Shown here: positions 19,577 through 29,221 of the stretch, in pieces
How positions within the stretch are numbered: the first letter of the stretch is position 1
Layout: each line of letters starts with the position of its first letter
NCBI GenBank assembly: GCA_963662285.2
Contig: CAXXMV010000006.1
Location: forward strand, 1,248,001 to 1,312,000
Reading direction: 5' to 3'
Length of the DNA stretch: 64,000 nucleotides
Source of the DNA: a bacterium
Lineage (GTDB): Bacteria; Hinthialibacterota; Hinthialibacteria; Hinthialibacterales; Hinthialibacteraceae
Notes under the pieces: model-generated
Told to the model about the DNA's origin: nothing
The model's input: only the letters and a program-made list of their open reading frames with translations
Database searches by the model: none
Position numbers and translations under genes: made by a program

Positions 19577-20252
19577 ATTAATGCTCTTTGAATTGCGGAA
19601 AACTTGTTTGTTATATACAGCGTCGCTGCTGGTGTTATTTGGATACATTCTTTTTCGTCCGTCACCACATGGATTTCTTGATTTGATACTTGTGTTTATA
19701 GCGTTTGTACATGGCGCGTTGATTGGTGGAAAGATATTTTATGATAAAAGATGCACCCAGGCATTTATATTTACGCTTCCGCTCACTAAAGCAAGATTGT
19801 TTGTATATAGATTTATTTATGGCATTCTTTTGATAACCATATCTATATTCATTATTCTTGTTCTATTAGCCAGTGGGATGAGAAATGTACTACAGCAATC
19901 ATTGGATTCTCTATATTTTCCTTATGTAATATGGTATGAGTTTCGAGTTTTATATCAGATTATGCTGTGTACATTTTTTGGATATTTATTTGGAATGCAC
20001 ACAATAATCCATGCGCAATTAGCAAATTATATTGAAAAGAATTTTTCTAAATATCACAATTTATTCATATTCTCTTTGATGAGTTATCATATCATAATGA
20101 ATGTTATTACCTTGACGAGTTTATTTAAATTAGAATCTGTAGTAAAAATCGTGGTGAATGATATGTTTTATATACCATTTTTGTTAGTAGTATTATTGTT
20201 TAGTGTATGTATGCCATTTTACTTCTATCAACATTTCGAAATAGATTCATGA
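19566..20252 (+). CDS. Putative ABC-2-type permease, copy 1
   Basis: About 6 TM; QAFIFTLPLTKARLF loop motif; overlaps the ATPase stop. Confidence 0.75.
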   Translation: MMRELMLFELRKTCLLYTASLLVLFGYILFRPSPHGFLDLILVFIAFVHGALIGGKIFYDKRCTQAFIFTLPLTKARLFVYRFIYGILLITISIFIILVLLASGMRNVLQQSLDSLYFPYVIWYEFRVLYQIMLCTFFGYLFGMHTIIHAQLANYIEKNFSKYHNLFIFSLMSYHIIMNVITLTSLFKLESVVKIVVNDMFYIPFLLVVLLFSVCMPFYFYQHFEIDS

Positions 20253-20283
20253 TACTTCTGAAATATTACTACGAGGAAATGTA

Positions 20284-22338
20284 ATGAAAAACGATTCATC
20301 TATTCGAGAGAAACTATCCTGGATTCCATATTGCATCTGGGTAATACCTGTGTTGATTTTTTTTGTATATTATTTGAATTACTATTTAAATAACTGGCAG
20401 GCTTCATCAATAGCCAAAAGAGTTTCTGCTGGTTCTCTTGTGAATTATTACAATAAGGCTGATTCGGGAATTGAACTTATTAGAATAATTGATAATGGGA
20501 TTATAACCGGGATAGATGTTTATTGTAATGATGTTTATCTGGGGAAAACCCCAATAGAAATAACTACTAAAGAATTCGTTGAGAAAGTTCCTAAATGGAA
20601 TAAGCCACCACGTCAAACAAGTATAAATACATCTTATTTGAATTTTGTATTGCCTACTGTAATTACAAAATTTGATGGATTATTAATGAGTTACTCGCCA
20701 TGCGATCCATTATCTTCTTATACGAATAGATTTAAGTATGATAAAAATAAAAACTTGAAATGTTTTTACTGGTTTAATTTTGAGAAGGATGGCTGCAAAG
20801 GAGTAGAAGGAAATAGAGCCCTTAGTTCTGGATATGGTAAACTTAGAACATATACTCCAGACGTTTATTTCTTGTCATCGAAAAAGCATTTAGAGACTCT
20901 TCTGTTTGCATTGCGACAAAGAGAATATAAGCCAGATAAAGCATGGCTGGATCATTTCTGGCTCTATAGCAGTTTGCTTTCTAATGAATTGGTTTGGAAA
21001 TCAAAAAATGACGTACATTTAAGAAACACTGTTAATACTATTGTCCACGCTGAGTTCAATATCCATGACGGGATGAGTCAAGCAGAATGCTTTCGGGTCG
21101 TAGATGCGATTATGGATCGATCTGAAAAATCCGGTTCTTTCATTATACCTTCAGTTGAATCGTATGCGTTGGAAATAGTTGCGCCGAAGGTATTGGATTA
21201 CATCTGTGAACAATATAAATATCTTTTTGATGGATTAAGAAACTTGTGGACTAGACGGGATGGAAACATACCTATCGATAACTTTTATTACTATTATAGC
21301 CTGGAAGGGATAGATGCAAGAATATTGCCATTAGTACACGCAATATTCAATTATCATCCACCACAAATATTCAATCACCTGGTTTATAATTATTCGCATA
21401 AGAAAGATGAAAACCTTCTGTTACTCGTAGGCAATTATCCCAAAAATAATGCTTTACGTTTGGTGAAACTACATTTTGAAAATGTAGTTATGAAAAACCA
21501 ATTTGTTACTTCGACATTATTTAAATCATTCAAAGAAATACATAATCCAGATATCACACTATGGATGGCGCAAACAATAGAAAAGCATACAACAAATAAA
21601 TATTATAGCGAATTAAGAGAATTCTTTGAAACGCGTTTCAGGTATCCGAAAGATAAAAAAGAAGATTTGATCAACTATGTCTATAGTTCGAAATTACCTA
21701 ATGAATATAAAATTAGAATGCTTGCGAGAATCAAACATAAAGAATCCTATGAAGATGCTATGTCCATTGTAAAACTAAACCCTAAAAATGAATGGACTTT
21801 AATATCTTACTTATCTCATAATCCTAATCCACATTTTGAACCGTTTCTGCTGGAAACACTTGATAAGCAATATGAAAATTTAGAGATAGATAGAATTAGC
21901 TCTTCATTATTCCGGGCGTTGATTAAATGCGATACAGCAAAAACCCGTGAGGCTGTATTGGATAAATGGAATGAAAATATTCTTATTATCAATAAGAATA
22001 TAATTCGTGAGTTATCCAGTCTTAATTGGGGTGATCCCGTATTGACGCAGTGGACGCCGATACTATCAGATATAGAAGATAACGAGTTGAGAGTAATTGC
22101 GGTTGAAGCGTTAGCCAGGACTGAAACTACCCAGTCGTGGGAGGTGCTTAATAAATGGTTGGAAGATGTAAATGATGCCGTAAGTTATGCGGCTCTTAAA
22201 GCAATAACGGATTATACGAAACTTAAAAATCAGGCTCAGGCGCTGATAAATGGCCAAATTCGACCGGATGACTTGCTGTCTCCGGCTGTTCCTTACGTGT
22301 GGAATGGAAAAGATTACGTAAAGGAGTCCGCCCGATGA
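20284..22338 (+). CDS. Membrane-anchored hypothetical protein with PEGA-like N-domain and HEAT-like C-terminus, copy 1
   Basis: One N-terminal TM; GIDVYCNDVYLGKTPIEI; LRVIAVEALAR..WLEDVNDAVSYAALKAI. Confidence 0.7.
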   Translation: MKNDSSIREKLSWIPYCIWVIPVLIFFVYYLNYYLNNWQASSIAKRVSAGSLVNYYNKADSGIELIRIIDNGIITGIDVYCNDVYLGKTPIEITTKEFVEKVPKWNKPPRQTSINTSYLNFVLPTVITKFDGLLMSYSPCDPLSSYTNRFKYDKNKNLKCFYWFNFEKDGCKGVEGNRALSSGYGKLRTYTPDVYFLSSKKHLETLLFALRQREYKPDKAWLDHFWLYSSLLSNELVWKSKNDVHLRNTVNTIVHAEFNIHDGMSQAECFRVVDAIMDRSEKSGSFIIPSVESYALEIVAPKVLDYICEQYKYLFDGLRNLWTRRDGNIPIDNFYYYYSLEGIDARILPLVHAIFNYHPPQIFNHLVYNYSHKKDENLLLLVGNYPKNNALRLVKLHFENVVMKNQFVTSTLFKSFKEIHNPDITLWMAQTIEKHTTNKYYSELREFFETRFRYPKDKKEDLINYVYSSKLPNEYKIRMLARIKHKESYEDAMSIVKLNPKNEWTLISYLSHNPNPHFEPFLLETLDKQYENLEIDRISSSLFRALIKCDTAKTREAVLDKWNENILIINKNIIRELSSLNWGDPVLTQWTPILSDIEDNELRVIAVEALARTETTQSWEVLNKWLEDVNDAVSYAALKAITDYTKLKNQAQALINGQIRPDDLLSPAVPYVWNGKDYVKESAR

Positions 22339-23009
22339 TGTGTAAATTAATGCTCTTTGAATTACGGAAGACTTATTGGTTATATACAGCATCGCTGCTG
22401 GTGTTATTTGGATATATCCTGTTTCGTTCGCAACCTCATGGTGTACATGATATGGCGCTGTGGGTGATATCCATTTTGCATGGCTATGTGATAGGCGCCA
22501 GGATTTTTCATGACAACAGCCGTACCCAGGCATTTGTGTTTACCTTACCGCTTACTAAAACAAGGTTGTTCTCTTATAGGCTTATGTTCGGGATAATTTT
22601 GTTAACCATATCAACAAGTATTATTCTTGTTCTTCTAGCCAGTGGGATGAGAAATGTACTACAGCAAGATTTAAGTTCACCCTATTTTCCTTATGTTATG
22701 TGGTATGAGTTGCGAGTTCTGATACCGGTCATTTTCTATTCCTTTTTTGGATTTGCTTTTGGAATGTACACAATGATTGATGCGCAATTATTTATGTATC
22801 TTAAGAACTTTAAAAATTATCCCAACATATTTAAGTTTTTGATAATTATTTATTCCTGCCTTATTTGTCCTTTATTTTTTATGATTTTATGGGGGAGAGC
22901 AACAACGGTCAGAAATGATATGTTTCTTATCTCAATTGTCTTTTCATTATCAATATACTGTATTTGCGTCTGTTTGTACTTTTACCAACAATTAGAAATT
23001 GATTCCTGA
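22335..23009 (+). CDS. Putative ABC-2-type permease, copy 2
   Basis: Paralog of 19566-20252 (LMLFELRKT, FTLPLTK, LLASGMRNVLQQ, EIDS*). ATGA overlap with the upstream stop. Confidence 0.75.
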   Translation: MMCKLMLFELRKTYWLYTASLLVLFGYILFRSQPHGVHDMALWVISILHGYVIGARIFHDNSRTQAFVFTLPLTKTRLFSYRLMFGIILLTISTSIILVLLASGMRNVLQQDLSSPYFPYVMWYELRVLIPVIFYSFFGFAFGMYTMIDAQLFMYLKNFKNYPNIFKFLIIIYSCLICPLFFMILWGRATTVRNDMFLISIVFSLSIYCICVCLYFYQQLEIDS

Positions 23010-23038
23010 TATTTCTGAATTTTTTAATAAGAGGAATA

Positions 23039-25063
23039 ATGATGAAACATAATATTATTGTTCGAAAGAGTTTTTTCTGGCTGCCTTTTGCAGTTTTGAT
23101 TATAACAATATTTTTTTATCCCGTTTATCAATTTTATATAAACCACTTTAGTGAACCTGAAAGCATAATAAAAATAATTGATAATGGTTATGTATCGGGG
23201 ATCGATGTGTATTGCAATGGTGTTTATTTAGGGCAAACTCCAATAGAAATAACTAAAAAAGAGTTTGAGAATAAAGTTCCTAAATGGGATGCTCCACCGC
23301 GTCAACCAAGACTAAAACTTTTTCGTTCGTTGGTTGAAACGCCTATTGCGATTCCAGATTATCCTGGATTATTGATGAGTTATTCCCCTCGTAATCTGAT
23401 GCCTGATGATCAAAGAGATGATATTATGCATTTTCTCTATGATGGAAATCATGAACAATTTTTGAATAATTTTTCTTATTGGTTCAATTTTAAGAAATAT
23501 AGATGCGCAGGAGTCACAGGAATAAGAATTGAGAGTATGAGTAGTTTCGGATTTGAAAAACGTATGACTTATGAATATTATCCTCAGGTAGAATTTTTAT
23601 CACAACAAGAGCATTTAGAGACTCTTCTGTTTGCATTACGCCATTCTGAATATAAACCTGACAAGGCATGGGTGGAGCATGTCCGGCGTTATAGCGGTTT
23701 GCTTTTCAAGGAATTAGTTTGGCAGTCCAATAAAGATGAACGCTTAAAAGATGCTGCAGATGCAATCGTCCGTGCCGAGTTCAATATACAGGAGGGGATG
23801 AATCAAGCCGAATGCATCCGGGTGGTTGATGACATTATGGCTCGATCAGAAAAATCCGGTTCTTTTTTAATACCTTCGCTTGAATCTTATGCTATGGAAA
23901 TGGTTGCTCCTCAGGTGTTGGAATATATCTGCGAACAATATAAAGAATTTTTCAGATCAAAGCAACCATCGAGTAGAAGAGGCGTATATATGACCGATGA
24001 TAAACTACTAAACTTTTACCGCCTTGAGGGGAAATTAGCCAGAAAATTGCCCTTGGAATATGCCATCCTAAAATATCATCCCCCGCAAATATACAATTAC
24101 CTGGTTTATAATTTTTCGCAGTTGGAAGAACAAAATCTCCTTCGGCTAATCGGCAATTATCAACACAATAAATCTGCTAGTTTGGTGAAACAATATTTTG
24201 AAAAGAAACTGAATGAAGAACGATTTAACCGAAATTTTTCATTCAATCTATTCAGGCAATTGTATAATCCCAAACTTACGGATTGGATGCGGAATACAAT
24301 AGAAATGCATAGTCCGAATAGCAGGGTATCTGAGTTAAAAGTTTTTTTTGAGTCGCGAATTAATGATCCAAATTATTCTAAAACAGATTTGACTAATGAT
24401 ATTGGGCGATCAAATATGAATGAAAACGACAAAATACAACTTCTTTCAAAAATCAAAGTTCCAAAATCATATTCTAATGCTAGACATATTTTGATGAATA
24501 ATCCTACAGGGGAAGAATATTTGATCAATCTTTTATCCAAAAATCCCAATCCCCATTTTGAACCGTTTTTGCTAGAAACACTTGATAAGCAATATCGAAC
24601 TTTAGAGATTAAAAGAATTAGTTCCTCTTTATTTGGAGCGTTGATTAAATGTGACACAGCAAAAACCCGTGAGGCCATATTGGATAAATGGAATGAAAAT
24701 ATTCTCGGAATCAACAAGACAATAATTCATGAGTTATCTCAACTAGAATGGGGCGACCTAATCTTGACGCATTGGACTCAGATGTTGACCACTACCCAAG
24801 AAAGCAAATCAAGAGTGATGGCTGTTGAAGCGCTAGCTCGGACTGATACCCCTCAATCGTGGAAGGTTATCTATGAATGGTCGGGCGATGAGGATAAAGC
24901 CATTCGTGAGGCGGCTCTGAATGAGATAAACGATTATAAAGAACGCAAAAATCAGGCTCAGGCTCTCATAAAAGGAGAAATTCAACCGGATGACTTGCTG
25001 CCTCCGGCTGTTCCTTACGTGTGGAATGAAAAAGATTACGTAAAGGAGTCCACCGGAGGTTGA
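23039..25063 (+). CDS. Membrane-anchored PEGA/HEAT-like hypothetical protein, copy 2
   Basis: Paralog of 20284-22338, sharing HLETLLFALR, NPNPHFEPFLLETLDKQY and PDDLL.PAVPYVWN.KDYVKES. Confidence 0.7.
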   Translation: MMKHNIIVRKSFFWLPFAVLIITIFFYPVYQFYINHFSEPESIIKIIDNGYVSGIDVYCNGVYLGQTPIEITKKEFENKVPKWDAPPRQPRLKLFRSLVETPIAIPDYPGLLMSYSPRNLMPDDQRDDIMHFLYDGNHEQFLNNFSYWFNFKKYRCAGVTGIRIESMSSFGFEKRMTYEYYPQVEFLSQQEHLETLLFALRHSEYKPDKAWVEHVRRYSGLLFKELVWQSNKDERLKDAADAIVRAEFNIQEGMNQAECIRVVDDIMARSEKSGSFLIPSLESYAMEMVAPQVLEYICEQYKEFFRSKQPSSRRGVYMTDDKLLNFYRLEGKLARKLPLEYAILKYHPPQIYNYLVYNFSQLEEQNLLRLIGNYQHNKSASLVKQYFEKKLNEERFNRNFSFNLFRQLYNPKLTDWMRNTIEMHSPNSRVSELKVFFESRINDPNYSKTDLTNDIGRSNMNENDKIQLLSKIKVPKSYSNARHILMNNPTGEEYLINLLSKNPNPHFEPFLLETLDKQYRTLEIKRISSSLFGALIKCDTAKTREAILDKWNENILGINKTIIHELSQLEWGDLILTHWTQMLTTTQESKSRVMAVEALARTDTPQSWKVIYEWSGDEDKAIREAALNEINDYKERKNQAQALIKGEIQPDDLLPPAVPYVWNEKDYVKESTGG

Positions 25064-25115
25064 TGAAATCGTATTGTCTGCCTAAAATATCAACTTGTGA
25101 AAAACGCTTCAAAAT

Positions 25116-25201
25116 GCGAGAGTGGCGGAATTGGTAGACGCGCTAGACTTAGGATCTAGTGGCCCTTGGTCGTGAGAGTTCGAGTCTCTCCTTTCGCACC
25201 A
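25116..25201 (+). tRNA. tRNA-Leu (anticodon TAG)
   Basis: GCGAGAG acceptor stem, GGAATTGGTAGAC D-loop, CTAGA-CTTAGGA-TCTAG anticodon arm, long variable arm, GTTCGAG T-loop, encoded CCA. Confidence 0.97.
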
Positions 25202-25333
25202 TTGATTTTACTTGACTTACGAACAACAATCCCCTCTACGATAATCACCGAAATGTTGATTGGTTACCATGTCTTGATGAATAATACTGATTTATTGAGA
25301 TCACAGAAGAAATTAACCTTAAAAACTAATCTC

Positions 25334-25370
25334 GCCGCCGGGAACTAACTGTTTCTCGGCGGCTGGTTTT
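25334..25370 (+). terminator. Intrinsic terminator after the tRNA
   Basis: GCCGCCGGGAAC..GTTTCTCGGCGGC followed by TGGTTTTT. Confidence 0.6.
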
Positions 25371-25432
25371 TCATTGTTGGTGATTTAACTCAGAAAGCGT
25401 AATATCAAAGCAACGCAATAAACAAAATGCAT

Positions 25433-26071
25433 CTACAAAGATTTTATGATAGCGGCGTTGATTTGATCAAATTTATCGATGATGCGGTCCGCCTGGTGGA
25501 GTTTATCGCGGGAGAAAGTTGTTGTGATGGCTATGGCGTACATGTTAGCGGCTTTGGCTGCACGTACTCCATTGACGGAGTCTTCGATGACTACGCATTG
25601 GCCTGGATCGACGGAGAGATTGCTGGCCGCTTTTAGGAAGCCTTGGGGGTGCGGTTTGCTTTTGGTGACGTCGCTGGCGCTGATCATGGCGCCGAACGTG
25701 GTTTTCAGGTTGAATTTATCAAGCACGAAATGCATGCTGCGTTCCTGGCCGCTGGTGGCAATGGCGAGTTTTAAGCCATTCAGCCTCAGGTCTTCGATGA
25801 ATGTAAGTACTCCGGGAATGGGTTCTACATCATGCATTAGTTGATAGAAATTTTGATCTTTATGCTCAAAAAGCAAATCCCAGTCTGGGTGGAAATCATA
25901 TTTTTCCGAGATGCCTTTTATGAAAGCATTGCGGGTGGCGCCGGACAGAAAACTTAAGTCTTTATTCTCTATTATCAGGCCATGTTTGGCTAAAGCGTCT
26001 AATTCAGTTTTTTGGTGGATCGGTTCGCTGTTGATAATTACGCCGTCCATATCGAAAATTACTGCTTGCAT
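25433..26071 (-). CDS. HAD-family phosphatase (beta-phosphoglucomutase-like)
   Basis: MQAVIFDMDGV (motif I), ATSG, KPHP and VIEDS..G..AAKAA. Start trimmed to the Met at 26071. Confidence 0.88.
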   Translation of the reverse strand: MQAVIFDMDGVIINSEPIHQKTELDALAKHGLIIENKDLSFLSGATRNAFIKGISEKYDFHPDWDLLFEHKDQNFYQLMHDVEPIPGVLTFIEDLRLNGLKLAIATSGQERSMHFVLDKFNLKTTFGAMISASDVTKSKPHPQGFLKAASNLSVDPGQCVVIEDSVNGVRAAKAANMYAIAITTTFSRDKLHQADRIIDKFDQINAAIIKSL

Positions 26072-26189
26072 GATGTCAGGATTGAAACCTCCGTTGTAAG
26101 CCGCTCTAGAAAATACAAAGCGATGGCGCGATATTGCACGCCACCGCTGGTATAAACACAATACATCGTTTTAGTAAATTAAGCGATGA

Positions 26190-27065
26190 TTAACTTAAGC
26201 CCCAGGATTTCATATTACGGATGCTCATGGCAACGCTTTCGAATGGATCGCGTTGGCAACTATCCTGTTCGACGATGCAGTATTGGGCTTTGGCTTTTTT
26301 GCAGGCTCGGAGGATGGCAGGCCAGTTCAGGTTTCCTTCGCCTACTTCAGCGAATACCTGTCCTTTGTCGGTCATAACCATATCTTTCATGTGAACCGTA
26401 GGAGCGCGTCCGGCGACCTGATTAATAAAACTGGCTGGATCAGCGCCGCCATGCTGCACCCAATAAGTATCGATCTCGAAATTAAAAAGTTTTGGATCAC
26501 TCTCAGTAATCAGGATTTCCAGGCCGGTGCGGCCATTGTATTTGATGAATTCGAAACTGTGATTGTGATAACCCAGAGTCATTCCCGCTTCAGCCAGTTT
26601 GGCGCCTGCTTCGCTCATAAGTTTGGCGAATTTCATATAACCCTCGTCGCTACGGAACTCGCCCGGCATACTGCTGACCACGACATGGCTATTGCCGATG
26701 GCTTTATTCTGGTCGACGACCGCTTGAACGTCGCCTGAAATACCTTCCCAACCAGTATGCGCTGAGACGGCTTGCAGTTCGTTCTGTTTAAGGAGTTTCG
26801 ATAGCTCGGCTGGAGAAACGGCCTCGCAACTGGTGATCTCCACGCAGTCATAACCGATTTTCTTGATTTTTTCAAATGACCTGGCGATATCATCAGGAGT
26901 CTTGAGATAATCGCGCAGGGTATAAAGGATAAGCCCGATCTTGCAACTTGTTTTTTTGACTTTATCTTTTTGGGCTGAAGCCAATGACGATGCTCCCATA
27001 TTCAAAGCCACCGCCCCCGTTAATCCTGTTCCTATAAAATGACGCCGGTTTAATTGTTTTCCCAT
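26190..27065 (-). CDS. Tat-exported sugar phosphate isomerase/epimerase (TIM barrel)
   Basis: NRRHFI Tat motif; LYTLRD, GYHNHSFEF, EIDTYW, HMKD, EVGEG and IVEQD motifs. Confidence 0.88.
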   Translation of the reverse strand: MGKQLNRRHFIGTGLTGAVALNMGASSLASAQKDKVKKTSCKIGLILYTLRDYLKTPDDIARSFEKIKKIGYDCVEITSCEAVSPAELSKLLKQNELQAVSAHTGWEGISGDVQAVVDQNKAIGNSHVVVSSMPGEFRSDEGYMKFAKLMSEAGAKLAEAGMTLGYHNHSFEFIKYNGRTGLEILITESDPKLFNFEIDTYWVQHGGADPASFINQVAGRAPTVHMKDMVMTDKGQVFAEVGEGNLNWPAILRACKKAKAQYCIVEQDSCQRDPFESVAMSIRNMKSWGLS

Positions 27066-27179
27066 TTTGGTATACCTCTTTTTAGTGGTGTCTCTTATTG
27101 GATTATAACATTTTTTCTTACGCCTTCAGAGGCCGAAGGTGGAATATCTCGAGGGTTAGATGCAATCGTACGTAGTAGC

Positions 27180-27218
27180 ATCAAGGGCTGACCGCATTGC
27201 AGTCTTTCCCTTGGCGCC
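27180..27218. repeat. 40-bp CAAGGGC...CCCTTG palindromic repeat copy
   Basis: ATCAAGGGCTGACCGCATTGCAGTCTTTCCCTTGGCGCC. Confidence 0.8.
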
Positions 27219-27307
27219 GCTTATCACTTATGATATTAGTATAGCTCAAGGGATGTTTTTGCCTTGCTCTAATCACCCGTTGTTGAATAAATTGTTAGGA
27301 AAACATC

Positions 27308-27619
27308 ATGAGTTCATTTCTATCCTCGTTTTCAGATGCGCCAAAAAGACCACTGGTAGAAAATCCATGGTGGAAATATGGATTCCTAATCCTGACTTGT
27401 TTGCTATTGTTTACCAGTATTTATAACCAAATTGATAGCCAAACAAAAAATTATAGCATCATAGTTTGTAGTGCTATGCTCGTTGTAAACCACTTAGCAT
27501 TTTCCTTTAAATACACGCGACAATTAAGAATATTCATGCGTGTGTTAGCTTGGTTATTTATGTTATTTGGTATTGTCTATATTTTCGGTCTATATTTTAT
27601 GCTATTTACAGGCATGTAG
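27308..27619 (+). CDS. Small hypothetical 3-TM membrane protein
   Basis: SD AGGA, three hydrophobic segments, AT-rich. Confidence 0.55.
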   Translation: MSSFLSSFSDAPKRPLVENPWWKYGFLILTCLLLFTSIYNQIDSQTKNYSIIVCSAMLVVNHLAFSFKYTRQLRIFMRVLAWLFMLFGIVYIFGLYFMLFTGM

Positions 27620-27624
27620 CACCT

Positions 27625-27673
27625 ATAATGGCTAATCGATTCGGTGGGTTAAAAAGCGCGACATACCCTACGG
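27625..27673 (-). repeat. 49-bp REP-containing direct repeat, left copy
   Basis: ATAATGGCTAATCGATTCGGTGGGTTAAAAAGCGCGACATACCCTACGG. Near-identical copy at 29222-29270; partial copies at 29341-29377 and 48207-48240 (reverse). Confidence 0.88.
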
Positions 27674-27716
27674 TGCTTAGGTGGTTCGTGGTGGGCTACG
27701 GGGCTATGAGGTGTGA

Positions 27717-29057
27717 ATGATGTTTAAGAAGGCGTACGAAGCAGTGAAGAATAATATTGGCAAGACCGTGATGGGGCTTGGTGTTCTTGGTATGGGGCTT
27801 GGCGCATTGAGCGCGAATGCTTCTGAAGTTATTCGCACCATATATATTGATACCTTTAACAGTGCTGCATATACACAATCTGGTGCTCAGCCGATGAGCA
27901 TTGAGCAGAAGGCTAAAGCGCGTTCAGATTGGGATTCACACTATATTACGATCAAAGATGACACGTTAGAGTACCGGATTGGCTCACCTGATTCAGATCC
28001 GATTGAGACCACATTCTTGCCCAGCCGTGACGAAGATCCGAAAGGAATTGAGCGGCAGAAGATTATTGATGAATACATTGATCTGGCTGAAGATTTAGGC
28101 GGTGTTGAGGTAAAAGCAAAGACCGTCAAGGCAACCTTAGATTTCCCTGATACTATTTATGGAAATGTTTACGATCTTATAACGGGTCAGCCCGTAACTG
28201 ATGGGACCGCCCGATATTTTAATGATGATAATTCTATTAATGAGAGAACGACTTTTGATGGTTCAGGCGAGTATCGCTTTGATATTGTCATGAGCGATCC
28301 ATTGGAAGAAAATCACTTAGCAATTCAAACCCCGGAGGAAATGATGAATGCATATGATCGAACTACCGCTTCAGCAGATTCACCTCAGAGATTCGACGTC
28401 GGCCCAACCGATGAGGGCAATCCGTTCTATTTTTATCCAGGCCTTGCAACCGATATGATGGAGGGCCGGGCGCGATGGGAGTTGCCGGTTCATGTTTATT
28501 TCGGCGATAATCCAACACCTGAGCAATTAGAGAACATCCAGTCTGCAATGGATCGCTTCAACGAGCTCTGGGCGGATCAGATAAGTCCAATGAATGATTA
28601 TATTTCTGCTAATGGACTTGAACATCCTCTTCTGCCTGAAACATTTTTTGTAAGAAGGGAATATGCTAATAATTTTAGTCTTGCAACCAATTTCAATGCT
28701 GTTGAGCATCAGGGATGTAATCTTACTTTTCATCCAGGAGACGAACTTGTCGGAATTAGTGAGAATGCAGATCGAAAAATCGTTCATGCAACTCTTAATT
28801 ATGGTTCAGGCTCAATGGAGCATGCGTTTGGTCATATTGCCGGTGCGTATCACACGGGCAATAATGGGATTGATTACCCGCCGGGAATTACGAGCGCAAT
28901 GAGTCCTTCTGCTGGACTCTTGTCTACATATGATATGCAGGTTTTTGCCGCTTTTTACGCGTGGCCCTTTGACAAGGATAATGTAAGAAACATCAGATTC
29001 TTAACAACCGAGAACGTCGATATCGGAACACCAGTATTAAACTGGATGATGTATTAA
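27717..29057 (+). CDS. Secreted metzincin-like protein with a degenerate catalytic motif
   Basis: Signal peptide; RWELPVHVY matrixin-like start; HAFGHIAGAYH (HxxxHxxGxxH); SAMSP Met-turn. Confidence 0.6.
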   Translation: MMFKKAYEAVKNNIGKTVMGLGVLGMGLGALSANASEVIRTIYIDTFNSAAYTQSGAQPMSIEQKAKARSDWDSHYITIKDDTLEYRIGSPDSDPIETTFLPSRDEDPKGIERQKIIDEYIDLAEDLGGVEVKAKTVKATLDFPDTIYGNVYDLITGQPVTDGTARYFNDDNSINERTTFDGSGEYRFDIVMSDPLEENHLAIQTPEEMMNAYDRTTASADSPQRFDVGPTDEGNPFYFYPGLATDMMEGRARWELPVHVYFGDNPTPEQLENIQSAMDRFNELWADQISPMNDYISANGLEHPLLPETFFVRREYANNFSLATNFNAVEHQGCNLTFHPGDELVGISENADRKIVHATLNYGSGSMEHAFGHIAGAYHTGNNGIDYPPGITSAMSPSAGLLSTYDMQVFAAFYAWPFDKDNVRNIRFLTTENVDIGTPVLNWMMY

Positions 29058-29221
29058 TTTTTTTTCTATAAAAATTCATTGAGGTGAATTATATTCGAGA
29101 ACAGATTCCCATTAACAATAAAAACAGAATATCTATTGCATTGGAATTGAATACAACCCCCGAATATAATGAAAACCATACAACAACCCTCCATGAATTA
29201 GGCCATTGTTTAATGCTCGCC

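Noticed and set aside
19417-22533. Antisense ORFs 19417-19668 and 22111-22533 sharing IQITPAA
   Set aside because: Their similarity derives from the duplicated permease genes on the opposite strand.
18000-25201. Prophage or ICE integrated at tRNA-Leu
   Set aside because: No integrase, phage or conjugation genes and no att duplication; the AT-rich block lies 5' of the tRNA.
25166-25348. 60-aa ORF
   Set aside because: It begins inside the tRNA-Leu gene.
27620-27716. Integron attC sites around the orphan genes
   Set aside because: No RYYYAAC/GTTRRRY core pairing and no integron integrase; the repeats are GTAG-type REPs.
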